From contig NC_085845.1 of NCBI RefSeq assembly GCF_035594765.1, forward strand, positions 127,798,897 to 127,862,896: a stretch of 64,000 bases of DNA. Direction: 5' to 3'. Of this stretch, positions 1-11,819 are shown in pieces. This stretch comes from Anolis carolinensis (taxonomy: Eukaryota). The translations under genes and the position numbers were made by a program. How positions within the stretch are numbered: position 1 is the first letter of the stretch; every line of letters starts with the position of its first letter. The notes under the pieces were generated by a model. That model saw only the letters and a list, made by a program, of their open reading frames with translations. It did not search any database and was not told where the DNA came from.

Positions 1-252
1 TTGGCCTGACTGCTTTTCTTCCAGAAGCGATGCAAGTGCTCAGTAAACAAATGTGTAATTTTGTGTTGACTTTAACAAAAGTCCATAACAAATTAATTTT
101 ATAAAACAAATTTACAGCTAAGATAAAATGTGTTGAAAAAAAATATTTTCAATGCACTGAAATGCATTCTACCATTCCCTTATTTTATTAATAGATCAAT
201 ACAGATTCTTTGCTTCACTGGGATGTTGAAAACCCTTTTTGATCATTTAAAG

Positions 253-532
253 CAGGGGTCCTCAAACTTTTTAAGCCGAGGGCCGGTCCACAATCCTTCA
301 GACTGTTGAGGGGCCGGATTATCATTTGAAAAAAAAATACGAACAAATTCCGATGCACACTGCACATGTCTTATTTGTAGTGCAAAAACAACAACAACAA
401 CAACAATAACAACAACGAAAGAACAATACAATATTTAAAAATAAAAACAATTTTAACCAACATACATTTATCAGGATTTCAATGGGAAGTGTGCCCCTGC
501 TTCTGGCCAATGAGATAGTCAAGTTAATTAGG

Positions 533-580
<48 letters not shown>

Positions 581-1670
581 ATGTGCCTTCAAGACATTTC
601 AGACTTTGGGCAAGCCTAAGTCTAAAATGTATTTATTTATTATTTATTTATTTACTGCATTTATTTACTACATTTGTATCACACCCTTCTCACCCCAAAG
701 GGGACTCAGAGTGGCTTACAAATTATATGTACATATGTTCTGTCACACGCTGGGCCTGTGACTGACTGTCTGTTATATAGGACATACGCTTTACGCCCAG
801 CGGGAAGCCAGGGGCCTAAAGAAGGGTCGTTGAGGAATTTTCCTGAAAAGATGGCCTTGAAGTCTTTAAAGAAATAACAAAGTCTTTACTGACGAACAAA
901 TAATAAATCTTCAAGGAGTCTAGTCCCACAGGACAGGCAATAGGCTTTGAATAACGGTGAAAACCCTCTTATAACCCCTCCCAGGCTATCTATTATCTGG
1001 GCCTAGCTGGTCTGGGACCCACTGCCAACTCCCAAGTGCATCTGGTTGTCGAGTGGACCTACCAGCTGAGGCTTTCAGATGTCTCTGTGCTGTTGTTCTG
1101 TATCCTGGGACGGTCAATATCCCTGGTATACTTTAACCCTGGTGCTCTTTATCCCCGGTGGTCTTGAAATAGGAAGCCTTTTACGGGACGGGCTGGTCTA
1201 TGTCCTACAGCTGAACTTCCCAAGAGAGACTAACTTAAAAATGGCTCCTTCCCTCCCAGAGCCCTGAACAGGGGGCGGAACCAAACTTAATGGTGATTGA
1301 CAGGTGGCCTGTCCTATGGCTGCAAACATTTGTGGCAAGAAAGTAAAATAGAAGGTTCTGGTACAGCTGTACCAGCACAACATACAATATATTATATTAT
1401 TAGCATAGCACAATATTAGCATTATATATTGCTATATTGAACTATACCACTATACTGTAATATTATTAGCAATATTATATGTAATATAGAATATATAATT
1501 AATATTATTATATGGTATTATTATTAGTGTTATATTGTATTACATTATAATATTATTATCAATATTATATGTATATACAATATATTATATTATAAAACTG
1601 AGGGCGGGGGCCAGGTAAATGACCTCGGAGGGCCGCATCCGGCCCCCAGGCCTTAGTTTGGGGACCCCTG
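253..1670. mobile_element. Non-autonomous hAT DNA transposon (MITE), copy 1, interrupted by a solo LTR
   Basis: TIRs CAGGGGTCCTCAAACT...AGTTTGGGGACCCCTG; perfect 8-bp TSD ATTTAAAG (245-252 / 1671-1678); near-identical to 49534-50284. Confidence 0.95.
736..1379 (-). mobile_element. Solo LTR (644 bp) nested in the hAT MITE
   Basis: TG...CA termini; 5-bp TSD ACATA (731-735 / 1380-1384); absent from the paralogous MITE at 49534; TATA-like and AGTAAA-like motifs on the minus strand. Confidence 0.88.
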
Positions 1671-3036
1671 ATTTAAAGTATCTCAGGAAACAAATGCTTC
1701 CAGATAATACTCTTCCAGTACCAGAACTCACACCCTTTCGCATGAGGATAAACACACATGCACACGCACACACACATACACAGCTTTTGAAAGCATTTGC
1801 TTAAATCAGAATTTCAATTTCCTATTTAATGTTCATACTCTCCCTTTCTAGCCTCCTCTATTGCAACCCACAAACCTCTTTAAATTTAATACTACTCCCA
1901 CAAGCAGCAGGTCGCTGTAAACTATAATTCTGTTTTAGCAGCAACAGAAGAAACAGTTGTTTGGGTTGCCCAGCTGAATATTAGTGAATGTTAGAGAATA
2001 GCTACAACTTTCCAGTCCTCAATCATAATTGTATATTTGCTATTGCTGTTTAAGTGTTTAATCTGTTCCGGAGGCACAGCCAGTAAAAGGGGTGGGGGTG
2101 GGGTGGGTAATACAAAGGCTGCTTACTTACACAAGCTATTGTGTTACTACACAACATTGATTCATCCAGATTTCTTGAATAGGAGAATGTTGAGTACCTA
2201 GTCAATGGTTCAGTGGGGATTAAATAATGAGCAACAACCCATCATGATTCCAAACAATGCTATTATTAAAGCTATTTATAGGGAAACATGGTTATTTTGT
2301 GATTGATCACAAAGCTATGAAAATTTCTGTAGTTTTAGCCTAATTCTATTCCAAACATTTTTCCCTCAGCATACAACCCAATTCTAGGCTTGTCTGTTGG
2401 CTGAGGACCTTCTTCTCTTGGACAGAAGAACTCCATTTACCTTCTTTCCCTGGGTAGTAAACCTCCACTCAAAGTTTTGGGGTTTAGGAAGATTTGATTC
2501 CCCCAGTATTATAACTAACTTCACAACTCCTCCTCTTGGGCTGAATGGCTGTCCTGGAGAAGCTGAGGTGGGGAATTTTACTTCAACCATCCCACCAGTA
2601 ACATGCGCCTAAATCTGCATCCATCCTATTGAATTCCATTAATCATACTCCCCGGTAAATTAGTTTTTCACTGTAATCATAATTCATTATAAATCTAACA
2701 CAATAACAAGGAAAAATTGTTTATTTTTATTTTGACCTTTCTGACCGTTGTGCTTTTTCTGATCCAAGGCTCTTTTTTACATTAGTAATCAAATATTGGA
2801 GTGGAGGCCATAATCAATGGCTATGGCACATAGCAAACCAGAAGCTGTTGGACTCCAACTGCCATCAATCCTAGCCAATGGTCAATGCCAATATCTGGAG
2901 AGCCATTGCTTTACTGCCTTATAGTATATGGTCAGCATGGTATTTCATTAGTTTAAATGTGAGATCTGGTGAATCTCTTTAGCAGACTTTATAATGCACT
3001 GTAATGCAGAAGTTAGAACAGAAGACCAGCTTACTC

Positions 3037-3484
3037 CAGGGCTGGTTCGTAATTTAAACCGTTGAAGCTGCCGCTTGGGGCTCAGCTCTTGCTGGGCGCT
3101 CTCGCGGTGGCGGTGGCGACCATTGGGTCACTCGCCGCGGAACAAGGAAGTCCTTGCTATTCACGTGAGATTTCGTGAGATTTCTGCGAGATCTTGCGAA
3201 ATCTCGCGAGAATAACAAGGACTTCCTGGAGTTCCGCGGCTGGAGAGCGTGCCGCCGCTGCTGGTAAGTTGGGGGGGGGGGTGTAATTTCGGGGGGGGGA
3301 GGGGCGCGGCCCTAGGTTTGCTTACATCAGTGATGGCCAACCTATGACATGCGTGTCAGCACTGACACGCCTAGCCATTTTTGATGACACACTGCCGCAT
3401 GCAGATTGATTGAATGACTAATGTCTTTTGTGGCCAAATTTGGTCCAGTGGTTTTGTTGTTTACTCCATGGGAATTATGCACAT

Positions 3485-3538
<54 letters not shown>

Positions 3539-3934
3539 CACACACACACACACACACACTCTATCATTATTCTATTATTTTTGTAGTATATTATTATATT
3601 ATTACTATAATATTATTATTATATTATTCATTATTCATGACTACATTGAAACTACAATAGAGAGAAATCAGCGTGGGAACTGCAAGAGGTACCATAGATT
3701 GTTGTACATGGAAATAATGGTAGTAAATAGTTTTTGATTTATTAAATACAGTTATGTATTACAATTATATATTTTGTTATTTAAACTATATATATTGTGA
3801 AATTATGGGGGTTTTTTTCTCGAAGTGAAACGCCACCCAAGTCATGCTAGGTTTTTTGGTGAATTTTGACACACCAAGTGCAAAAGGTTGCCCATCATTG
3901 GCTTACATAGTGAAAAAACCTAGGGCCACTGCTG
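3037..3934. mobile_element. GC-rich hAT-like non-autonomous element (outer element of a nested pair)
   Basis: Imperfect CAG...CTG TIRs; 8-bp TSD GCTTACTC / GCTTACAC; internal CGAGA-type repeats. Confidence 0.7.
3328..3900. mobile_element. hAT MITE, OC1/hAT2-like termini (inner element)
   Basis: TIR CAGTGATGGCCAACCT / AGGTTGCCCATCATTG; perfect 8-bp TSD GCTTACAT; contains (TA)n(CA)n at 3488-3559. Confidence 0.9.
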
Positions 3935-3980
3935 GCTTACACCCACATATATTAGCCAAAGTAATAACAAATCAAACTTA

Positions 3981-4189
3981 GGGTGAATCTACACTAAGGA
4001 ATTAATGTAGTTTGTCCTCACTTTAACTGTCATGATTCAATATTTTGAAATCATGGGAGTTACAGCTTTACAAAGTCTTTATCCTTCCCAGACAGAGAGT
4101 CCTGGTGTTTCACCAAACTATAAATCCCAGGATTCCATAGTATTGAGTTGAGGGTCAAACTGTAATAAGTCTACAATATAGACACACCC
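3981..4189. mobile_element. PIF/Harbinger-like MITE
   Basis: Degenerate TIRs GGGTGAATCTACACT / ATATAGACACACCC flanked by TTA / TAA. Confidence 0.6.
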
Positions 4190-4829
4190 TAAGTCTTATT
4201 TAAAATAGTATAAAAAGTGTCTTACTAAAAACACTTGCTTGTGCATGATCAAATCCACAGGTTCAGTTGCATAAGATAGGTATAAAAAAAAATCTACATG
4301 TTAGATGGAGAAATTGAGCAGGAGATGCTTCTTCAGCACATGCTTAATGGCCAAGGCCTGAGAGAGAAGAGCACCAAGCATATTAAACCCAGAGAAAGCA
4401 AAGGATGTCTATACAATTCAGAAATAGAGAACATATGAACAAGCAAACAAGAAGCAAAAGCATAATGTCACTCTTGAAAGTGAGTTGCCAGAACTGACAA
4501 GAATATCAATAAAGTTGTTACTATTGCGCACCAAGCCAGTCTTGGGCTGTCATTGCAGTGCATACGGTGTTTCAATGCCTTGAGGAACAGCCAATCAAAG
4601 GATGAAGACAAAAACCCATAGAGGTGTTCTTTTCACATGCTGTGACCTTCAGACACCTTTTTGCAAGTAATGAATCTCTTTCATTTACTCTGCTCTCACA
4701 TTATGAGTGGCACGGCGGTTCATTTTTGAACTTGGCACTGGCATAATTTCAACACAGAGTCTCATTAGTGGGCACCTTATTCATGCAAACATCCCAAGGC
4801 AGCGTAAACTTTAAAGGGGATTAGACAGG

Positions 4830-4990
4830 AGCTCAGCAAAAAAGCAATATTAAAAAGAAGAGCCTTAATCTTACTCTTAAAAACATTTAGTGCCGGAGAA
4901 TCTCTTGAGCCTGAAGGGTAGCAAGTTCCAAATTCAAGAAGGACAATTGTGCAAATGCAGAATGTCAGTGAATATATGAATATGTTATTG
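4830..4990 (-). mobile_element. Old L2 LINE ORF2 C-terminal remnant
   Basis: Minus frame PALNVFKSKIKALLFNIAF resembles the L2 C-terminal FKxxLKTxLF motif. Confidence 0.55.
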
Positions 4991-6849
4991 GCCCTAACAA
5001 GCTCTATCTTACTAATCAAACTTTCATAAGACACTTTTAAAATGGTTCCATTGGACTTTATTGCATTACGTTGTAGGTCAAGACCTGATGCTTTTTGTCA
5101 TGTAAACTTCTCAACAAATAGCTTTCTTTTTCTAAATAAAATCAAACCTGGTTTCCGACTGAGTGCAGTGGCTTTCTTCAGTTTAGAACTTTTATTTTGA
5201 CACTTTATTATTATTTTTTATAATCAAACAGTAGCATTACTCAGAGGGTATGAGGGTATGAACCATACTGGGTGACACCATGTGGGCCTGACACCAAAAT
5301 GAATGGCTATATTTTTTTTCTGAAGTTTTAGCAGAGATTGATTATCTTTTATTTAAAAAATAATTGCGGTTAGGTAAGACCAGCTTACTTGTACCTTATT
5401 AGAATAACTAAAAGAACTCTTGAGAATCTTTGCAATTTGGGACTTATTCTGCACAACCTTTGCACTTTTCTATACAGAAAACCACATTTTCTACAGAGGA
5501 AACAACATTCTCTGCATGGAAAACACAATTCTGGATGGATTTTTTTCCATGCATAGGAAATATAGTTTTGTGCCCAAAAGCTACCATGTGCAATGGTTGC
5601 ACAAAACAAGTCCTAAATTAAAGGGTTTCCTGCAGAGAAAATATTTTCTGCACCTAGCATACTGTCTTCTATACACTCACACACACATGTATATAGCTTT
5701 AGCTTCATGGAGTAAATGGAAGAAGGCAGATATTTACTGGAGATATACATGTAATTATACGTATATCTAATTTTACTTCCACAAATGCATAAATTAATTT
5801 TGGTTACACAAATACATCCTTATTTAAGATAGATGTGTGCATACACATATTGTTTTGATACTTGCAGTTTTTATTACGTTATATATTTGATTTTTAAAAA
5901 AATAAATAAATGAAAAACAAATTATATTCTATTTAGTTCTCAGCACGATATTTAATCAAATTGGGGTTAAGAATGGTGAATATCCCTTTTCTTTGCTTCT
6001 CCTTTCTAAAATACAACCAAGAGAGAATAGAAGGAACAAAACAAAAAGTGCAGATACAGTACAATAAGAAAACCTCCTTTCATAGGTCTCACACATTTTA
6101 TAGAGAGTAATTTACTTAGAAATAGGTCTTGCCGTGAATTTTTACAACCGCAGCTTAGGCAGTGCTTCTGAGGATAAATAGTTAAGAGCTATTTTTCCAT
6201 AAATTAGTGAGAGAGAAAGCCCATAAAATTTGTCAGCAGGCTTCAGAAGTATGCTATTTTCAAGCAGTACAAATTGTGACTGGCTCAGCACCATATGCTA
6301 TTTAATTTTCTCTAATGTATGCATGTGCACAAATTGCATTTAGGTAACTGGAAGGCTGTCAGTTTGAAGATAAGTCTGCATACACTCTAACAGGTAGAAG
6401 GCAAAAGCTCTTAGAAAGATAGTCTCTCCCCCCTCTCTTTTAATTCATGCACTAGTATAAGTAAACATGTTGGGTGGTGGGTGAAAAAGGGACTGGTTTT
6501 GAATAGAAATCAAGGTTTCACACAATTTCCTAAGCTGTACTTAGAAATGCTTGACAAAACAAGGCTAGCCTTACCAAGATTCAGAGTGAATCAACAACCA
6601 CAGGTGGCAGATGCTGAGCGCTACAGGCAGCAGCTCTATAGCTGATCTTTCTGAGCCCTGCCCATTGCTTTCTCAGGGGTTACATACAAGTGTGTCCTAC
6701 TGATCATGCTCTGAACATCTTAAATAAGCCTGTTTCACTAAACTGGCCTACTGAGGACTCCATCATATCCCTAGTGCTGAAGCTTCAATTGCCAACCCAG
6801 GTGATTTCTTGTAGAATGGACAGAGTTATGACCTATCACAATAGAATGG

Positions 6850-7130
6850 TCTTCACATTTCTGAAGAATGATAATAAAGAGGCTGCCAGTTTAATTTTTC
6901 TGGTAAAGGAATTCCAAAGTATGATGGAAGCCACTGAAAAAGTCTTCTTCTGGGTTTTCACCAGATGTATTCCTGAGAATCATTGCATTGTTGTGTAAGC
7001 CGCCCTGAGTCCCCTCGGGGAGAAGGGCAGGGTAGAAATATCGGAAATAAATAAATAATCATGGAACAGAGAGATAGAATATCATCCTTCAAATAACCTG
7101 GACCTAAGCCATACAGGTGACACATATCTG
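6850..7130 (-). mobile_element. Old L2 remnant with a younger plus-strand L2 3' tail inserted at 6984-7056
   Basis: Minus frame LYGLGPGYLKD; insert GTAAGCCGCCCTGAGTCCCC...(AAAT)n with 6-bp TSD AATCAT. Confidence 0.7.
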
Positions 7131-7310
7131 TGCTATGATACATCATACCAGAGAGGAGGGTTCATCTAGTTTAATTCCACTATTAAAAAGTGCATTAGAC
7201 TTGTGGATAGACCTAACTTAGTAACAAAACTCCATAATCAACTCATTATAGTTTCCTTGGCCTTTCCCCACATTCTTAAGGTATAAAAACATGAAAATGA
7301 AATAAAAACA

Positions 7311-7655
7311 CAGTAGAGTCTCACTTATCCAACATAAATGGGCCAGCAGAACATTGGATAAGAGAAAATGTTGGATAATAAGGAGGGATTAAGGAAAAGC
7401 CTATTAAACATCAAATTAGGTTATGATTTTACAAGTTAAGCACCGAAACATCATGCTATACAACAAATTTGACAGAAAAAGTAGTTCAATACGCAGTAAT
7501 GCTATGTAGTAATTAAGGTATTTATCAATTTAGCGCCAAAATATCACAATGTATTGAAAACATTGACTACAAAAACACTGACTACTAAAAGGCAGACTGC
7601 GTTGGATAATCCAGAACGTTGGATAAGCAAATGCTGGATAAGTGAGACTCTACTG
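7311..7655. mobile_element. Tc1/mariner-pogo-like MITE (TIR CAGTAGAGTCTCACTTATCCA)
   Basis: Long TIRs; same family at 32281, 37549, 37814 and 39355. Confidence 0.92.
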
Positions 7656-9301
7656 CATTTATAATTTTTTAAGTCTTTCAACTCTTACAGAAAATAGATG
7701 GGTTCAAATCCACCCTTCTTCTAGCCAAAATGCAAGAGTTTTGAAAGTGGGGTGGTATTATGATTACTGACCCTATCCTCTGCCTCCCCATATACACAAT
7801 ACTCTTCAGACCCAGGTCACAGTGTTGAGTAGCAAAATCTGAAGATAGGTTCTATTCTTACTTGAATAAGGTAAATTTTTTATCTTGATCAGAGGGGGTT
7901 AGGTTAGCATAAGTGGGGACTGGAGGGTTTGGATCTGCACACATAGCCTCACCTTTAATTTTCCCAATTGGATTAGGAAGTGTACATGAATAGACTTTAA
8001 ATGTCCACCTGGAGTGAGAGTAGGCATTTTTTTAAATAGCTGATTCTACCACCTCATCATCTTCAATTTTCCACCTTAGGAAGAGCTGGCCCCTAATAAC
8101 AATGTAAAGAAAAACAATGCAATTAAAATCAGAACTGGAATTTGCGATGATCCATCCCTTCATCCTCAAAGTTGGACAACTAAGCCTTTGAAATTGCTAA
8201 AGGATGTGACAGTTTGACTCTTACTTTGTACTAACTTTAGTTCCTCATTGAAAGTTGAGCATGTTCTGCCACAGCAGTGAGAGATCTTCCAATATTAGAT
8301 ATGGACCATGAAAACTTAACAAAATAAGGAGTAGCTTAGTGCTCAGTGGTGAGAAGTACTTTGGCCCAGAAGGTCAGCCTGTTGGAGACACCCAAGGGAC
8401 CAGAGGGGCTCACCTACTGCTGCTGAAACAAGAAATGTAGGAGGGAGGTGATAACATCAGGGGAAAAAAGCCACATCCAGAGTAATGGCAGAGCTAAAAT
8501 GAGCCAGTGTGATGAGTAGCAGTAATGGAATCATGGATATATAAAAAAACGAAGCAGATGCCACCAAGAAGTCTCCATTGGCTTACAGTCTTCTGGGCAC
8601 TGCCCTGCCCTGCCCAGTGGAGCATAGTTATAACCCTGATAATAATGATAGTAAAGAATGTCAGATAATGAGGCAGAAAGTCATCAGTTTCAACATGTCA
8701 CTCTGGAACATTTTCTCCATCTATAATTCTTTCTGACCTCAAGCATCGATAAAACCTGATAGATTGACATTTTTATTGTGAAGTATTAAAACATTTCTTG
8801 ACATTTTAAAGCTAATAAGCAAAGTATTCCAAGCACTGACCACAATCGCATTATTCAGGAAAATTAACCCACTATGACTGGAGTAAATTATAGCATTTGT
8901 TTAATAGGTTAAGTGTTTATATTCTGCAACCTTTTTGATTAATGCTACATTTAACCAGAAGGGAAAGGGAGAAGTTGAAATAGGTATAGTGCTCTTTGGA
9001 AAACTGGAATTTTGAATGGAACAATGAATAGAAATCTTGCCTTTATTTCTCATTCTTGATGTTTAAGAAAGAGCAACTATTCTCAGAAGAGATGTCTCAA
9101 TGTTACAGTATCCAAATAGACTTTTAAATTGAAAATCTTTTTGGTACTCAGTTCATTTCACTGCAAATATACAGTGTCACAGCTGAGGAGTCATAAGGAA
9201 ATATTGGATATTCAAATAGAACCTTATTTATATAAGGCTAATCCTGCCCTTGCAGCAGAAGTCATGGTAATTCTGGTGCAGAAATCTGCCAGGTTAGCAT
9301 T

Positions 9302-9753
9302 TCACACTGGCAACGAAGGTCCGCATAGTGAAAGCAATGGTATTCCCCATAGTAACCTATGGCTGCGAGAGCTGGACCATGAGGAAGGCTGAGCGAAGGA
9401 AGATAGATGCTTTTGAACTTTGCTGCTGGAGGAAAATCCTGAGAGTGCCTTGGACCGCAAGAAGATCCAACCAGTTCATCCTCCAAGAAATAATGCCCGG
9501 CTGCTCACTGGAGGGAGGGATAGTAGAGGCAAAGCTGAAGTATTTTGGCCACATAATGAGAAGACAGGAAAGCTTGGAGAAGATCAGGATGCTGGGGAAA
9601 ATGGAAGGAAAAAGGAAGAGAGGCCGACCAAGGGCGAGATGGATGGATGGTATCCTTGAAGTGACTGGGTTCGACCTTGAAGGAGCTGGGGGCAGCGACG
9701 GCTGACAGGGAGCTTTGGCGTGAACTGGTCTATGAGGTCACGAAGGGTCGAAA
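9302..9753 (+). mobile_element. BovB/RTE LINE 3' fragment
   Basis: ORF KAMVFPIVTYGCESWT...IDAFELCCWRKILRVPWTARRSN...GKRKRGRPRARWMDGI; normal tail missing. Confidence 0.93.
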
Positions 9754-9773
9754 GAGGAGAGGAGAGGCACTCG

Positions 9774-10654
9774 TGTTATGAATAACTTTTCAATAACTTT
9801 AAAGCATAGGTTCTTTTTATTGCAAGTTCAGTCTGAGAGGTATAGCAAAACTTTTATAGAACAAGAATGACATTAGACATACAGACATACAGATTCTATG
9901 CATCTATATTGGATTCACAAACAACCTATTACATTGGCTAACAAACAAAGGGGGGGGGTAGAATTTCACTCAGCATTCACACACAACATGCATCCATCTT
10001 CATGCACACAAATATTACCATATCCTTTCTCCCTCCTTGGAGAAGCACCTACTTAGGTCAGATCCACCTTCCACTGCTGCCTTCCAACACATAGTTCCAA
10101 AATGCCAAAACGCCAAAACCTCAAAACTCCAAAAAGATCATGACTTCAAAATGCACTCCTTCCTCTTTCCCTGAGAAAAGGAGGCCCCAAAAAGTGAACA
10201 GAATCCTGCTTTCCCATAGCAGATCTGCCACTCCCAAGTACACCATCTCCATTGAGCATGGCGGGTGAACAGCGTTGCTGTCTGTCACACTTTCTGGACT
10301 GTCATAAGGTAACTTATATAGCAATCATTTGCAGATGTTGTCCCAAAGTTGTAAATGAATGATAGACGTCTTCCTTCCTGGAATATCATCAGTTTCCTGG
10401 ACCAGATGTTGAGTCTCCTTGATTGGTGTTGGCAAACACAAGCAGTTTTGAGTTGACTTCCTTCTTAACAGTTGTAAACATGTCTTTTATCAGTCACAGT
10501 TCTTATCACAGTTTGCCGGGCAGGTCAACTATTTCAGATTTCATTAGCAGGTTTTAATTACAATTCCTGAGCAGGTAGTTATTGGTTTGCAGGTTTACTA
10601 ACTCACTCATTCTTCCATTCATACCACATATAATAAATCCATATTTTGGTCACA
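9774..10654 (-). mobile_element. Solo LTR (881 bp)
   Basis: TG...CA termini; 4-bp TSD CTCG (9770-9773 / 10655-10658); minus-strand TATATAA near 10315 and AATAAA near 9818. Confidence 0.8.
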
Positions 10655-11489
10655 CTCGTGGCTGCAGGCAGGCGCACAGCACCAGCACACCAAGCAGCTT
10701 TCCAAGAGGCATTTTAAGGAGGCACAGAAAGAAGAGATATGACCTGTAGCCCAGCAGAGCAATCCTCCCTGGATTACCTTTAAAATCCCGTTTTCGGTGC
10801 CTGCAATCTCATTTCTGCTTGCCAGTTTTACTTCCTTAAGGCTGTTTCTACTCTAGAGGAGAGGTAGGCTTCTCTTTTTATTTGTTGGGTTTACTATTAT
10901 TAATAATTAATTATTATTTTTAGAAGTTTTTTTTCTGAAGGAGAGGAAATGAAGAAAAAGAAAGTAAAGGGGTTACTCTCCAAGCCCCCGAACGCAGGTG
11001 CACACTCCACATCCACTGTCCCTCAGGTCCCTAACTCCCAGTCAGTCACACTAAATAAAAATAATCAGGAAAATAACGGAAAACCAAAAAAATTAAACTA
11101 TAATGTCAAATAGGGGAGGAGGAGCCAAGATCAGTTCCTGCTTGCTTTTGTGTCGTACCAGGAGGGCCTTTACCGTTACTTGTTCCCAAACTACCAAAGG
11201 TACTGAAGGAAATGGATGAAGCAGGGGAAATAAAATCCACGCACAACCCTAATTGGAAGTGCTGTTTTTATGCTATTGTATGTCAATTCAGTTGACTTAA
11301 TAAATAATTAATGTTTATAAATAATAAATAATTAATGATTCCTCCCAATTCTGATTGTAGAAGAATTGTGTGATGATATGCCAATGTAAGTTTCATTCAG
11401 GATTTTATTTACCTGGCTTCCATTGACAATTGTCCACCCCATCTATTCCACCCCACTTGCTAAGATGAAAAGCATAGTCTAAAAAAAGG

Positions 11490-11819
11490 GCCTCTGGTGG
11501 CACAGTGTGTTAAAACGCTGAGCTGCTGAACTTGCGGACCAAAAGGTGCCAGGTTCAAATCCTGGGAGCGGAATGAGCGCCCGCTGTTAGCCCCAGCTCC
11601 TGCCAACCTAGCAGTTCGAAAACATGCAAATGTGAGTAGATCAATAGGTACCGCTCCGGCGGGAAGGTAACGGCACTCCATGCAGTCATGCCAGCCACAT
11701 GACCTTGGAGGTGTCTACGGACAACGCCGGCTCTTCGGCTTAGAAATGGAAATGAGCACCAACCCCCAGAGTCGGTCACGACTGGACTTAATTATTATCA
11801 GGGGAAAACCTTTTACCTT
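11490..11819 (+). mobile_element. Sauria SINE
   Basis: tRNA-like A/B boxes, core ACATGCAAATGTGAGTAGATCAATAGGTACC, ACCTTT tail, TSD TAAAAAAAGG. Confidence 0.95.

Noticed and set aside
243-765. Poly-Leu, poly-Val and poly-Cys ORFs (repeated at 49383-50042)
   Set aside because: Translations of the (TTG)n microsatellite inside a MITE.
8300-8640. Possible degenerate LTR (also 46720-47050)
   Set aside because: No TG...CA boundaries or TSD could be fixed.
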